This document shows, in pieces, positions 39,701 to 49,632 of a stretch of 64,000 nucleotides of DNA (the first letter of the stretch is position 1; the number at the start of each line of letters is the position of its first letter). Under the pieces are notes generated by a model. It had not been told where the DNA came from. It did not search any database and saw nothing but the letters and a program-made list of their open reading frames with translations. Source of the stretch: an uncultured Acidimicrobiia bacterium (lineage in GTDB: Bacteria > Actinomycetota > Acidimicrobiia > Spongiisociales > UBA5794). A program made the position numbers and the translations under genes. The DNA lies in contig CAWEUW010000007.1 of the NCBI GenBank assembly GCA_963812375.1, positions 225,856-289,855 of the forward strand, in the 5' to 3' direction.

Positions 39701-40848
39701 AAGGACGCCCTCTGCCCCCGGGCCGAGGCGATCTCCTCGGTCACATAGACCCCTCCAACAGGCGCCCGCTGCATCAGCCTTGCCGACAGGTTGACGCTGG
39801 GCCCGATGACCCCGTAGGTCATCCTGGTACTGCCCCCATATGCGCCCACAAAGACCACCCCAGATGCGATCCCCACTCGCAGCGGTGCCGCACCGGGCAG
39901 CTTCGTCATGTCGAAAGCCGCTATCACGGCACGCCGAGCATCATCCTCGTGGGACACCGAAGCGCCGAACACCGCGTAGATATGGGCGCCTTTGTCGTCG
40001 AGCAGCGCTTGAAGAACCATTCCTTCATAAGAGGCGATCACCTCCTGAGCCCGACAGACGGAGACGTCGAACAGTTCGGCGGCTTCGTCGCCGATGGCGA
40101 AGTCGATCCCCTCGAAACCAACGAAGAGAGTCACCACGTTGCGGAGTTGACCCATCAACCGATCGAGTCCAAGCTCAAGATGTCCCGCAACAACGGGCAG
40201 GATCCACGCCTGCGCCTTCTGTCTGTCCAGAGTCATCAGGTCGGGATGAGGCACGGCCCCTTCCACATCCCCTGCCCCGTCCACCAGATATCGAACTCGA
40301 CCGTGCTCCTCCACAGGCCGCACCATCGCCCGAGACCTGATCGCGCGGGCCACACGTTCTGTGACGACGACCTCGCCGGCCTTCAACAGAGCCGCCTCTC
40401 CGGAGAGGGCCATGACGATCTCGCCGGCGAGGACATCCAAATAGGACTGTGCGGCGTTCCCGACCCGCAATCTCCGACCGGTCCCCGAGGCGACAGCCAC
40501 CTTTATTTCGAGGGCGTGTCCCTCCTGGTCCCGCAAGTCGTGGATCACATTGACGAGTTCCACGCCTACGGCAGTAGCCCGATGCCCGTTGTCCCCCTCG
40601 AACCAGCAGGTGACGGAGTCGCCGGCGAAGCTGATCACGCTGCCCCCGGCTTCGTCAATGACACCGATGACGGCGCCGAAGACACGGTTGAGGACCGCGG
40701 CCAAAGTCTCGGCCCCGAGACGAGGCCCATGGCGCCGGCTCAGATCGGCGGTGAGAGTGGTGAATCCTGTGATATCGGCGAACAGCGCCGACCCGTCGGA
40801 CAGGGTTCGCACGCGCCCCAGCCCGGCCAGCTCCAGTCTCCGATCCAT
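36798..40848 (-). CDS. very large multidomain signalling protein: tandem class III adenylate/guanylate cyclase domains + P-loop AAA/STAND-type NTPase + TPR-like helical repeats; one frameshift ~37650-37800 joins ORFs 37624..40848 and 36798..37796
   Basis: N-terminal CHD motifs FADITGFTTL... and FVGFEGIDF...GVIGPSVNLSARL. Walker A VLVEGPAGIGKSHLL, Walker B LMLVFDDGHWMD. Long helical repeat region. The downstream ORF (MLARIYANMSIVAGIIPLHGLARTYRARS...TPR-like) is contiguous in another frame. Architecture as in mycobacterial Rv0386/Rv1358-type cyclases but without a C-terminal LuxR HTH. Confidence 0.8.
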
Positions 40849-41329
40849 CGCCAGGTAGGCACCAAGCGATGGCTCCGCGCTGGTGTTGTCTGGTCGCCTG
40901 CAACGCTTCGTGGCCTTCTCTTGGAGGACTATGGAAGGGCAGGTGACGCCTCGGGTGCGTAGGTCTTCGCCATCGTAGGGCAGGACCGACCCGGGGAATC
41001 TCCACTTGATGCCCTCTCGCTCTCGCGACGGCTACCGCCGACCAGATCCTCGACCGCCATGGCCGCCTATCGCCACCGAATATTTGACTGAGGAGACTCA
41101 GCCACATCGTCGAGGCAGCGGACCTCGTTCTCTGTGGTGAGATCATCGAGCTCGACGGTGTCGGTACGCCATTGCTTTCGGCCCGGCCAACGCTCTCGTC
41201 GCCCTCAGCCCACCGGATTGACGGCGGCGCGACGAATCTGACGAGACCTGGGAGCGTCGGCGGCTCGCTTCCCCGACGACGGCGTCCCAAGCGGCGGCGT
41301 CACCCGGCTCCGACCACCCATCCCACGCT

Positions 41330-42292
41330 TCACTCGACCGGAAGCTGTCGGCCGCCTTCCCAGCGGATGGTGCGGGCCTCGTGGCCCACCTGCCGCCAGG
41401 AAGCGTCGAGTGCGAAACGTCCCAGAAGTGTGCTGGTCCGCCACCCTGCGATCTGATCGGGTGTGAGACCCCGTTCCAGGGCTTCGCCGGCGAGGAAGCC
41501 TGCGGCGGCGGCCTGGGCCGCCACGTAATCGGGTGGGATGCCTTGCGTCGTCTCGTATTCACGAGCGAATGAGGCGCCACTCGGGCCGACTTCGGGGGCC
41601 GCGGTCTCGGGGAGCCACTGCACCGGGCCCAGCACCCCCTCGGCGCCGGGACCGAGCCGCGTTCCGAACTCACGCAGTCCGGCGGCCACAGATCCGATCA
41701 GCCCCGGCCGGCCACGGCTTAGCTCAGGCACAAGGGCCACTTCGTCTTCGAAGGCACCGGCCACGAGGACCGCCGATCTCGGCGAGACAGCATCGGCGCC
41801 CAGAGCCGTGCTCAACCGGATCGCCCTTACCGTAAGCCCGATCCGGCTCGCCTCCGAGCGAGCACCCGAGGCGACGGCGGAGGCGAATCGCCCAGGACCC
41901 ACCACCAGCAGGATGTCCTCCATGCCGGCTTCGCCGGCGAGCTGCACGGCACGCTGAAGATAGGTCGAGGCAGGAGCGGGCAGGGTTGCGACCAGCGGCC
42001 GGGCCAGGTCGTCGGCGGATCCACCGTGATTCCACAACACGGCTCCGGTTGCCGTCACCAAGGGGCCGACGCGCCGCACCAGCCCGCTCCCGTAGGGACC
42101 GAGCAGGATGTCGACGCCGTTCTCCAACCATCGTGCGTACCACCCGGCAGCCGTGGAAGGCGACCCCGCGTCGTCTTCGAGAGCCAGGGCAACTCCGGAC
42201 TCGGAGGCCCACCATTGCAAGGCCAGGGCTGCCTGCCGGCCCTGAAGTGAGAGCGGCCCGGTCAGACTGACCGTGGCGGCTGCGCTCACCAC
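41330..42292 (-). CDS. periplasmic-binding-protein type I (LivK/amide-binding-like) domain protein without recognisable signal peptide
   Basis: MVSAAATVSLTGPLSLQGRQAALALQWWASESGVALALEDDAGSPSTAAGWYARWLENGVDILLGPYGSGLVRRVGPL... resembles the Leu/Ile/Val-binding fold. No N-terminal hydrophobic signal. Confidence 0.55.
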   Translation of the reverse strand: MVSAAATVSLTGPLSLQGRQAALALQWWASESGVALALEDDAGSPSTAAGWYARWLENGVDILLGPYGSGLVRRVGPLVTATGAVLWNHGGSADDLARPLVATLPAPASTYLQRAVQLAGEAGMEDILLVVGPGRFASAVASGARSEASRIGLTVRAIRLSTALGADAVSPRSAVLVAGAFEDEVALVPELSRGRPGLIGSVAAGLREFGTRLGPGAEGVLGPVQWLPETAAPEVGPSGASFAREYETTQGIPPDYVAAQAAAAGFLAGEALERGLTPDQIAGWRTSTLLGRFALDASWRQVGHEARTIRWEGGRQLPVE

Positions 42293-42409
42293 ACCGAGCC
42301 TCCGCGGAAAGGGCGCCTCTTCGAGGTCACAGACAGCACGCCTGCCAGGAGAGAGTGGTCAATCCCGCCGTCATACGCCCTCGGCAACGTAGGTTCCGTT
42401 CGGTACCAG

Positions 42410-42600
42410 CCGCGATGCCGGAGCAAGTGCGGAAGGTGCAATTGACCATCATCATCATCGGGACTCTGCGAAACTTCATCAACAGTGAGCCTGTCGACTC
42501 GGCCCGGGGCGCCACCATGCCGGTGATCAACCCAGCCACCGGGGAGGAATACGCCCGGCCCCCCTTTCGACCGCACCGGACATCGATGGCGCCTGTCGAG
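42410..42600 (+). pseudogene. remnant of an aldehyde dehydrogenase gene (N-terminal ~50 codons only)
   Basis: ...LRNFINSEPVDSARGATMPVINPATGEEYARPPF... matches the conserved ALDH N-terminus (..FINGEWVDS.SG.TFPVINPATGE..). The frame then degenerates and no ALDH body follows. Confidence 0.4.
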
Positions 42601-42817
42601 TCGCCCTCGAGGCCTACCCCCGCTGGCGCGATACCGACACCAGAGACAACGCTCATCAGCCTCACGTCATCAATCCGAAGCGGAGGCTTGGGGAGCCAAG
42701 TTGGGAGCCATTCTCTGCGGACCGCCATGGACTGACCTGGATGGCCATGGATGAGGAACCGTTGCGCCTCAAGGGTTCCCGGACCCTCATGGACGCCTGT
42801 GGACCCCGCTTGGAGAC

Positions 42818-42859
42818 CTACGGATCAGAAGGTTGGGGGTTCGAGTCCCTCCGGGCGTG
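42818..42859 (+). repeat. 42-bp perfect direct repeat of the 3' part of tRNA-Arg (anticodon loop to 3' end): att-like island boundary
   Basis: ctacggatcagaaggttgggggttcgagtccctccgggcgtg is identical to 36626..36667. With the intact tRNA it brackets a 6.2 kb segment (36626..42859). Confidence 0.8.
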
Positions 42860-43191
42860 TAAGCCGTAGGTCCCTGACCCGCGCAAACATGCGAGAACCC
42901 CCGCCGTCTGACGCTCCTGGCAGGCGGCCTTCGGCTTACGCCCGACCTGGCTTGGCGTCCCACCACGTACCTCCGCCCAAGTTCCACCGCGACCACGACC
43001 TCGATGAAACCTGCTGGTCTGGCTCCCGAAGAACGAGGACTCCGCGTTCAGAGCGCTACCCCCCCTGAGCTCGGTCGCGGAGCGGCATTCGGTCAGGGAG
43101 CCGGGCTGTGGCTGCCAGGCGTGCTTCTAAAGGCTTGCGCTGCAAGGGCTTCTGCGCGTCGGGGTTGCGTCCCTCGGGCCGACCTGATGAC

Positions 43192-44050
43192 CTAGGTAGC
43201 CGCTCGGACGAGGCGGAACACCTTGCGCGCGCCGGGCAGACCCTTCATCTCGTGGGTGCCTGCTTCCTCGAGCTTCAATCCCGAACCCTCGAGGAGATCG
43301 AATGTCGTCGAGGACACGAGGACTTCGTCCGGACCGCCGACAGCCATGATCCGGGCGGCGGCGTGGACGGCGAGTCCCCGGGCGTCATTACCGACCAGCT
43401 CGACCTCGCCCGTGTGGAGGCCCACCCGGATCGGGAGATCCATCTCGCGCGCCGAACGGGCCATCGCCGCACCGCACCGCACTGCCCGTGCGGCGCTGTC
43501 GAACACCGCAAGGAAACCGTCACCGGTGGTTTTCACCTCACGCCCTCGGAAGACATTGAGCTGGTCGCGGAGACGAGTGTTGTGGACCAGTAAGAGGTCG
43601 CGCCAGGCCGTGTCGCCCACCATGTGCAGGGTCGCCGTTGAGTCGACGATGTCCGTGAACAAGACGGTGACAAGGACTCCTTCACCGGCTCCCTCGGGAA
43701 CGAGCCCGAAGACCCGGGCGCTCGTCCATTCGACGGTCAGCCATGGATCGTCGCCAACGACCCAGGCGTCGTGACCGGGTGGGATCTCATACACCGAAGC
43801 CGGCGGGATGTCGATCGCCTGGCCATCGTCCATCTCGACGTGCATCGAGCCAGAGATGGAGTAACCCAGGTGGTGGAGCTGACAGCTGCACAGTCCCCGC
43901 GATTGCCGGCATTGCGGTCGACCAGCGCCAACCGGGCTCATACGTCGCACGACCGACGACAGAATCATCGAGACTGACAACTTCGGCGCGGCCATTGGGG
44001 AAGGCTCGCACTTCATCCGGCGACGTAAAGGTCTTGTACTGAAGTCGAGG
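43192..44050 (-). CDS. cupin-domain + class III adenylate cyclase (CHD); frameshift between the two domains (~43790)
   Basis: ATG 44050 MPRLQYKTFTSPDEVRAFPNGRAEVVSLDDSVVGRATYEPGWRWS (cupin). In another frame ...MHVEMDDGQAIDIPPASVYEIPPGHDAWVVGDDPWLTVEW...VLVTVLFTDIVDSTATLHMVGDTAWRDLLLVHNTRLRDQLNVFRGREVKTTGDGFLAVFDSAARAVRCGAAMARSAREMDLPIRVGLHTGEVELVGNDARGLAVHAAARIMAVGGPDEVLVSSTTFDLLEGSGLKLEEAGTHEMKGLPGARKVFRLV*. Confidence 0.65.
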
Positions 44051-44342
44051 CATACGGAACCCTCTAGGAATCCGCGAGCGGCGTCCCGGTCCGGACCGCC
44101 TCGCCGGCATCGAGAATCGCCTGGCTGGCCATGGAGGGTAGGCGTCCCGTGATGTGGGCGAAGTTGGGGGGGGGTTCCTTCGAGTTGACGGGCCACCGGT
44201 AGACTCTCAGCGAGATCATCCACGAGCTCGTAGAGGCGGAGCGGCCCGCATGGCCACACGCCTCGCTCGTTTCCCGGATGCGCCGAAGCTCGCTTGGGTA
44301 GGCTCGGCTGCGGCAGCAGGCGACGGGCGAAAGGATCCCGCG

Positions 44343-45161
44343 ATGGGCGAATGGCAGTTCCTCGACTCGGCCTCACGCACCAACCTGGTTACCGCTGCGG
44401 AACGTGAGTCTGAGGGGTTCTTCGAGCTGGCCTCGGACCCGGATCGTTGGGAGTCTCCGACGGGCGCCGGGCATTGGCAGGTGCGAGATGTCGTCGGCCA
44501 TCTCGTCGACACCACCGAGACCTACTTCATCGGGTTCGACGCCGCACGCGGAAACGGCGAAGGGCCGGAGAACCTCGGCCTGGCCGACATGGCGTCGTGG
44601 GTGGACAAGGGCGGCCAGTCGTTCCGGGGAACGCCGCAGGACGAGATGATCGCCCGGTGCAAGGCGGCCCGGGCACGCTTCAACGGAATCGTCGACGAAC
44701 TGAGCGACGACGAGTGGGCGGGTCTGATGGTTCCGCACAAGTACATGGGACCGCTCCCCGCCGCCTTCTACCCGCTCTTCCAGCTGGTCGACTACGGCGT
44801 CCACAGCTGGGACATGCGGGAGGGAACGGGTGGGGGCCACGCCCTCGACGGTGACAGCGCCGACCTACTCGTCCCGCTCGCCTTCATCCTGTGGCAATCG
44901 ACCCCGAGCATCCCGCCCGACACCGAGCCCTACGACGTGGGCGTCGAGGTCACCTCGGGACACAACGCCGGGAAGCATCGGATCTCGGTGTCGCCGGATG
45001 GGCTCGGCGTGACCGATGGCGAGCTCGACGACCTGCCGGCGGTGCTCGAATTCGATCCGGCCACCCTGGTGCTGACCTCCTACGGACGGATGAACGCCGG
45101 AACGGTGCGTGGCGACCGCGAGATCGCCGAGCGCTTCCTCAACTCGTTCTTCCGCATCTAG
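44343..45161 (+). CDS. TIGR03083-family (mycothiol-dependent maleylpyruvate-isomerase-like / DinB_2) protein
   Basis: SD aaagga + ATG. MGEWQFLDSASRTNLVTAAERESEGFFELASDPDRWESPTGAGHWQVRDVVGHLVDTTETYFIGF... intact 272 aa. Confidence 0.65.
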   Translation: MGEWQFLDSASRTNLVTAAERESEGFFELASDPDRWESPTGAGHWQVRDVVGHLVDTTETYFIGFDAARGNGEGPENLGLADMASWVDKGGQSFRGTPQDEMIARCKAARARFNGIVDELSDDEWAGLMVPHKYMGPLPAAFYPLFQLVDYGVHSWDMREGTGGGHALDGDSADLLVPLAFILWQSTPSIPPDTEPYDVGVEVTSGHNAGKHRISVSPDGLGVTDGELDDLPAVLEFDPATLVLTSYGRMNAGTVRGDREIAERFLNSFFRI

Positions 45162-45174
45162 AGAAGGGATCGCC

Positions 45175-45679
45175 ATGACGGCAATCGACCTGGAGGCGAT
45201 CGAGCGCGAACGAAGCCGCATCGCCGACACGTACCTCACCCAGCCGAATGCCGAGTCGTCGGCCCGTGGCATCCATCACGTGGCCTTGCTGTCATCGGAC
45301 GTCGAGCGAACCGTTCAGTTCTACCAAGGGCTGCTCGAGTTCCCCATGCTGGAGATCTTCGAGAACCGCGACTACCAGGGATCGAGCCACTTCTTCTTCA
45401 GCCTCGGCAACGGGAACACGCTTGGCGTTCTTCGACTTCCCCGGTCTCGACCTGGGCCCCTATGCGGAGGTGCTCGGCGGGTTGCACCACGTCGCCATCT
45501 CCGTGGAGCCGGAGAGGTGGGAGCATCTCCGCGCCAAGCTCGACGACGCCGGGGTCGACTACCTCCTGGAGAGCGAGGTCTCGATCTACTTCACCGATCC
45601 CGACGGAGCGCGCATCGAACTGATCGCCGACCCGCTCGGGGAGATGTACGGCAACCAGCTCCTCGACAAGAAGGAGTGA
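45175..45679 (+). CDS. VOC/glyoxalase family protein; frameshift ~45425
   Basis: GAGAAGGGA SD + ATG. MTAIDLEAIERERSRIADTYLTQPNAESSARGIHHVALLSSDVERTVQFYQGLLEFPMLEIFENRDYQGSSHFFFSLGNGNTL then (+1) AFFDFPGLDLGPYAEVLGGLHHVAISVEPERWEHLRAKLDDAGVDYLLESEVSIYFTDPDGARIELIADPLGEMYGNQLLDKKE*. Confidence 0.65.
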
Positions 45680-45700
45680 GGAGAGTCGCGTGGGTCGGCG

Positions 45701-46608
45701 ATGCGGCTGAGCGTCTCACTGCTGAGCCGCTACGACGACCCCGACCCGCGCCGCGGGGCCGAGGCGATGGTGGAGCGCACCATCGCCGCCCGGGAGGCGG
45801 GGCTGGACGCGCTCTATCTGGGTGACCACCACTCGGTGCCGTCCGGGTACTACCAGAACACGCCGATGCTGGGCCGTCTCCTCGCCGAGTGGCCACGGAC
45901 CACCGGAGCGCTGTACCTGTTGCCCCTGTGGAACCCGGTCATCCTCGCCGAGCAGGTAGCCACCCTGGCGGCCATCGCCCGAGGCACGTTCATCCTCCAG
46001 GTCGCCCTCGGCGGCGGAGAGGAGCAGTTCGGTGCGATGGGCGTTCGGCTGCGGGACCGGGTCCGGCGATTCGAGGCGGGCCTCGACATCGTGCGCCGGC
46101 TGCTCGCCGGTGAGGAGGTGTCGACGGAGCACCATTCCCCACGCATCGCGCCCGCATCTCGCCGTTGCCCGTCGAGCCGATCCAAGTCTGGCTGGCCGGG
46201 CACGCTCCCCCGGCTCTCGCCCGGGCCGCCCGGCTGGCCGACGGATGGGTGGGCGGCCCCGAGGTGACGATCGACGGAGTGGCGGCACTCGCCGACGGCT
46301 ACCGGGCCGCCTGCGCGGCGATTCGACGCCACCCGGGCCCGATCGTGGTGCGCCGTGACATCCATGTCGCCGGCGATCACGAGGAGGCCGATCGGGTGAG
46401 GGCACGGGCCGTAGAGACGGGCTACCGAGGGTTCGATCCGGACGTGTTGGTGATCGGTGTGGTCGACCAGGTCGTCGCCGAGCTCGGGTCGCTCGCCGCT
46501 GCCGGTGTCGACGAGGTGGCGGTCAGGCACCTTGCGGAGGATCAAGCCGACGTCCTGGCATCGATGGCCCGTCTGGCCGACGTCCACGAGGCGTTGATGG
46601 CTGCTTAG
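45701..46608 (+). CDS. LLM-class F420-dependent oxidoreductase (luciferase-like); frameshift ~46150
   Basis: MRLSVSLLSRYDDPDPRRGAEAMVERTIAAREAGLDALYLGDHHSVPSGYYQNTPMLGRLLAEWPRTTGALYLLPLWNPVILAEQVATLAAIARGTFILQVALGGGEEQFGAMGVRLRDRVRRFEAGLDIVRRLLAGEEVSTEHH then (shift) PVEPIQVWLAGHAPPALARAARLADGWVGGPEVTIDGVAALADGYRAACAAIRR...VDEVAVRHLAEDQADVLASMARLADVHEALMAA*. Confidence 0.65.
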
Positions 46609-46741
46609 CGAGCGACAACGTCCTCACGACCGACCAGCCCTGCTTCGTGTGTTTCCCGAGGGGATCCGCGGGAGCCGTCGGAAGGCGAGAAGGGCTGAAT
46701 GCCCGGCCCGGCCCGATCGATGGATGAGCCAGACTGCCTCG

Positions 46742-47130
46742 ATGAGCGAGACCTACGAAGTGCGGCCGGTCGGCTACGTGCGCTCGGCGCTGACCGACCC
46801 GACGGACGCCCCGATGCAGGGAGCAGAGGGGCGCCCCCGACGCCTGGCTCGAGTTCGACCCTCCCGTAGGTGAGGCGGTGAGCGACCTGGCGGTCGGCTC
46901 CGAGGTGATCGTGATCACCTGGCTCCACCTGGCCAGCCGCGACGTCCTCCGGGTCCATCCCCGGGACGACGAGAGCAGGCCGATGGAGGGCGTCTTCAGC
47001 ACTCGGTCCCAGGACCGTCCCAATCCCATCGGCCTCCACCCGGTAACGGTCCTCGAGATCGACGGGTTGCGGGTCAAGGTGAACAACCTCGAGGCCGTCG
47101 ACGGCACACCGATCCTCGACATCAAGCCTG
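46742..47130 (+). CDS. TsaA/TrmO-like (YaeB family) tRNA methyltransferase; frameshift ~46840
   Basis: MSETYEVRPVGYVRSALTDPTDAPMQGAEG then (shift) ...SDLAVGSEVIVITWLHLASRDVLRVHPRDDESRPMEGVFSTRSQDRPNPIGLHPVTVLEIDGLRVKVNNLEAVDGTPILDIKPVLRD. Confidence 0.6.
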
Positions 47131-49491
47131 TCCTCCGTGACCGACTTCCCCTTGGGGTGACGCCGGCGCCTCTCTGCAGTTCCCGATGACTTGGCCCGGA
47201 CACACGCCGAGGGGACTCCACAGGGGAGTCCCCTCTGACGGCAGGCCTGGCGTCAGCCGACCGGGACCAGCTCCCGCTCTTGCTCGACCTGCTCGGGGGC
47301 CGGCGACGGGTGACACCGCGCCTTCGATGTGGACTTCGGGGAGCCACTCGAGCCACGACGGCAGGTACCAGTTGCGGTCGCCGAGCAGCTTCATGGTGGC
47401 GGGGACCAGGATCGAGCGGACGATGGTGGCGTCGAGCGCCACGGCCACCGCCAACCCGAACCCCATCTGCTGCAGCGCCACCAGGGACCCGGCGGCGAAC
47501 CCGGCGAACACGGCGACCATGATCGCCGCCGCCCCGGTGATCAGCGCGCCGGTGGTGCGCAGCCCGTAGGCGACCGACTCGGTGTTGTCCCCGGTCTGGT
47601 CGAACCGTTCCCGGATCCGGCTCAACAGGAACACGTGGTAGTCCATCGACAGCCCGAACAGGATGGCGAACAGGAACAGCGGCATCCCGGCCTCGATGGC
47701 CTCGACCTGGCCGAAGCCGAGCCAGCCGGCGATGTCCTTGAACACCTCGGGCCCGACACCCTCCTGGAAGAAGAGGACCACCAGCCCGAACGCCGCCGCC
47801 ACCGAGAGCAGGTTCATCACGATCGCCTTCGCCGGGATGACCAGCGACCGGAAGGCGACGGTGAGCAGCACGAATGACAGCCCGAGCACGAACAGGATGA
47901 CGATCGGGGTGTAGAGGCTGGTCTGCGCCAGGTAGTCGACGTTGTAGGCGGTGTCGCCACCGACGAGGACCTCTACGGGCAGATCACCGAAGGTGCCCGG
48001 CACGACCTCGGTACGCAGCTCCCGGACCGTGTCCATAGCCGCCTCGGCGGCGACGTCCCCGGTCAGCGGGGCGCTCACCAGCGCCACATCCCCGCCCTCC
48101 CCCAGTTCGACCTGGACCGGGCCGAACGACGGGTCGGCGTCGAGCGTCGCCTGCAGGTCGGCGATGGCGGACGTCACCGGCGGGGTGAGCTCTCCGTCGA
48201 CCACGATCTCCACCGGCGACCCGAGCCCACCGGAGAACTCGCTCTCCAAGACGAGAAACGCCTGCTTGGACTCGACCTCGTCGGGCAGGGTGCTAACGCC
48301 CGAGAACCCTTCCGACATGCTGAGGAAGGGCAGGGCCGCCAGCAGCAGTACCCCGGCGGCGAGCACCAGGCTGACGACCGGCCGACCCATGACGGTGCGG
48401 GCAATCCGGTCCCAGAACCGGCCCTGTCGCTCGGGGTGTCGCCGGCCTCGGATACGAAGCCACTCGACCCGGTCGCCGAGCAGCGCCAGCACGGCGGGCA
48501 GCAGGGTCAGCGAGGCGATGACAGCCACCACCACGACCAGGATCGCCCCCAGCCCGATGCTCCGGTAGATGGTGTTGGGTAGCAGCAGCATGCCGGCCAG
48601 GGCGACCACCACGGTGAGGCCGGAGAACAGCACCGCCCGGCTCGCCGTTGCTCCTGCCCGGGTGATCGCCTGGAGCACGTCGTCGCCGGCGGCGCGCTCC
48701 TCCCGGTAGCGGGACACGATGAACAGCGAGTAGTCGATGCCCACCGCCAGGCCGAGCATCGTGATGATGTTGGCGATGAAGAACGGCAGGTCGAAAGCGA
48801 AGCCGAACAGGGCGGCGGCGCCGAGGGCGATGGCGATCGCCGTCACCGCCAGCATTATCGGGATCAACCCGGCGACCACGCCACCGAACACGAACACCAA
48901 CACGACCAGTGCCACCGCCAGGCCGATGCTCTCGCCGCGCTGCAGCCCCTCCTCCGCCAACCGGATGAAGTCGTTCTCCAGCGTGGCCGGCCCGGCGACG
49001 TGCGCCTCGAAGCCATCAGGGGCGTCGACGCCGGCGACCGCCTCCACCACCAGCTCGGCGTTCTCGCCGACGGCGGTGTGGTCTTCACCGGCCACGGCCA
49101 CCGGCAGAAGGGTCGACCGCCCGTTCTCCGAGACCGGTCCCTCCTCGGTCAGGTAGCTGCCCACGTCACGGACGACGTCGACGCCGAGGGCGGCGATCGC
49201 GGTGTGCAGCCCGTCTACGTACGCCTGGTATCCCGGGTCGGTGACGGGCACCTCGCCGGTGACCACCACGAACTCCGTGGCGTCATCGGCAGAGCCGAGC
49301 CGGTCCGCCACCAGGGCTGCCGCCCGCTTGGACTCCGGTTCGTTCGTGAAGTCGGTGTCGGTGGTGAGGGCATCGCCCAGGAACAGCGAGGACACCACGC
49401 CGGCGGTGACGAGGGCGACCACCCACGTCGCCAGGGTTCTCCATGGACGGCGTGCCGCCGATCGAGCCAGTGATTCGGTGGACGGTCTCAC
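47122..49491 (-). CDS. mmpL: MMPL-family RND-type membrane transporter
   Basis: ~790-aa intact ORF with 12 predicted TM segments and two large loops. Likely GTG 49491 (GGGAGAGG SD). VRPSTESLARSAARRPWRTLATWVVALVTAGVVSSLFLGDALTTDTDFTNEPESKRAAALVADRLG... Confidence 0.85.
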   Translation of the reverse strand: MRPSTESLARSAARRPWRTLATWVVALVTAGVVSSLFLGDALTTDTDFTNEPESKRAAALVADRLGSADDATEFVVVTGEVPVTDPGYQAYVDGLHTAIAALGVDVVRDVGSYLTEEGPVSENGRSTLLPVAVAGEDHTAVGENAELVVEAVAGVDAPDGFEAHVAGPATLENDFIRLAEEGLQRGESIGLAVALVVLVFVFGGVVAGLIPIMLAVTAIAIALGAAALFGFAFDLPFFIANIITMLGLAVGIDYSLFIVSRYREERAAGDDVLQAITRAGATASRAVLFSGLTVVVALAGMLLLPNTIYRSIGLGAILVVVVAVIASLTLLPAVLALLGDRVEWLRIRGRRHPERQGRFWDRIARTVMGRPVVSLVLAAGVLLLAALPFLSMSEGFSGVSTLPDEVESKQAFLVLESEFSGGLGSPVEIVVDGELTPPVTSAIADLQATLDADPSFGPVQVELGEGGDVALVSAPLTGDVAAEAAMDTVRELRTEVVPGTFGDLPVEVLVGGDTAYNVDYLAQTSLYTPIVILFVLGLSFVLLTVAFRSLVIPAKAIVMNLLSVAAAFGLVVLFFQEGVGPEVFKDIAGWLGFGQVEAIEAGMPLFLFAILFGLSMDYHVFLLSRIRERFDQTGDNTESVAYGLRTTGALITGAAAIMVAVFAGFAAGSLVALQQMGFGLAVAVALDATIVRSILVPATMKLLGDRNWYLPSWLEWLPEVHIEGAVSPVAGPRAGRARAGAGPGRLTPGLPSEGTPLWSPLGVCPGQVIGNCREAPASPQGEVGHGGQA

Positions 49492-49524
49492 GATGCCTCT
49501 CCCTTGCCTGGAACCCCACACTCT

Positions 49525-49578
49525 TCGTACGTCGTAAGGTTGTCGTACGGCGTAAGTTAACCGTACAGCGTAAGGACG
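49525..49578. promoter_or_regulatory. three tandem 18-bp repeats each containing near-palindrome CGTAC(G/A)NCGTAAG: candidate TetR operator array between tetR stop and mmpL start
   Basis: tcgtacgtcgtaaggttg / tcgtacggcgtaagttaa / ccgtacagcgtaaggacg at exact 18-bp phasing (49525, 49543, 49561). A fourth copy is at 50358. Confidence 0.55.
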
Positions 49579-49632
49579 TCAAGACGCGACATCGGTTGAG
49601 ATGTGCGGGGTGTCCCGGAGGCGGGCTCGGGT

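Noticed and set aside
36798-40848. Calling the cyclase-STAND-TPR protein a defence (Avs-like) system outright
   Set aside because: Its domain order matches mycobacterial cyclase/ATPase regulators. Only the tRNA-island context is suggestive, so it is reported as a hypothesis, not a call.
41330-42292. ABC substrate-binding lipoprotein annotation for the LivK-like gene
   Set aside because: No signal peptide or lipobox and no adjacent permease/ATPase genes, so it is called only a PBP type I domain protein.
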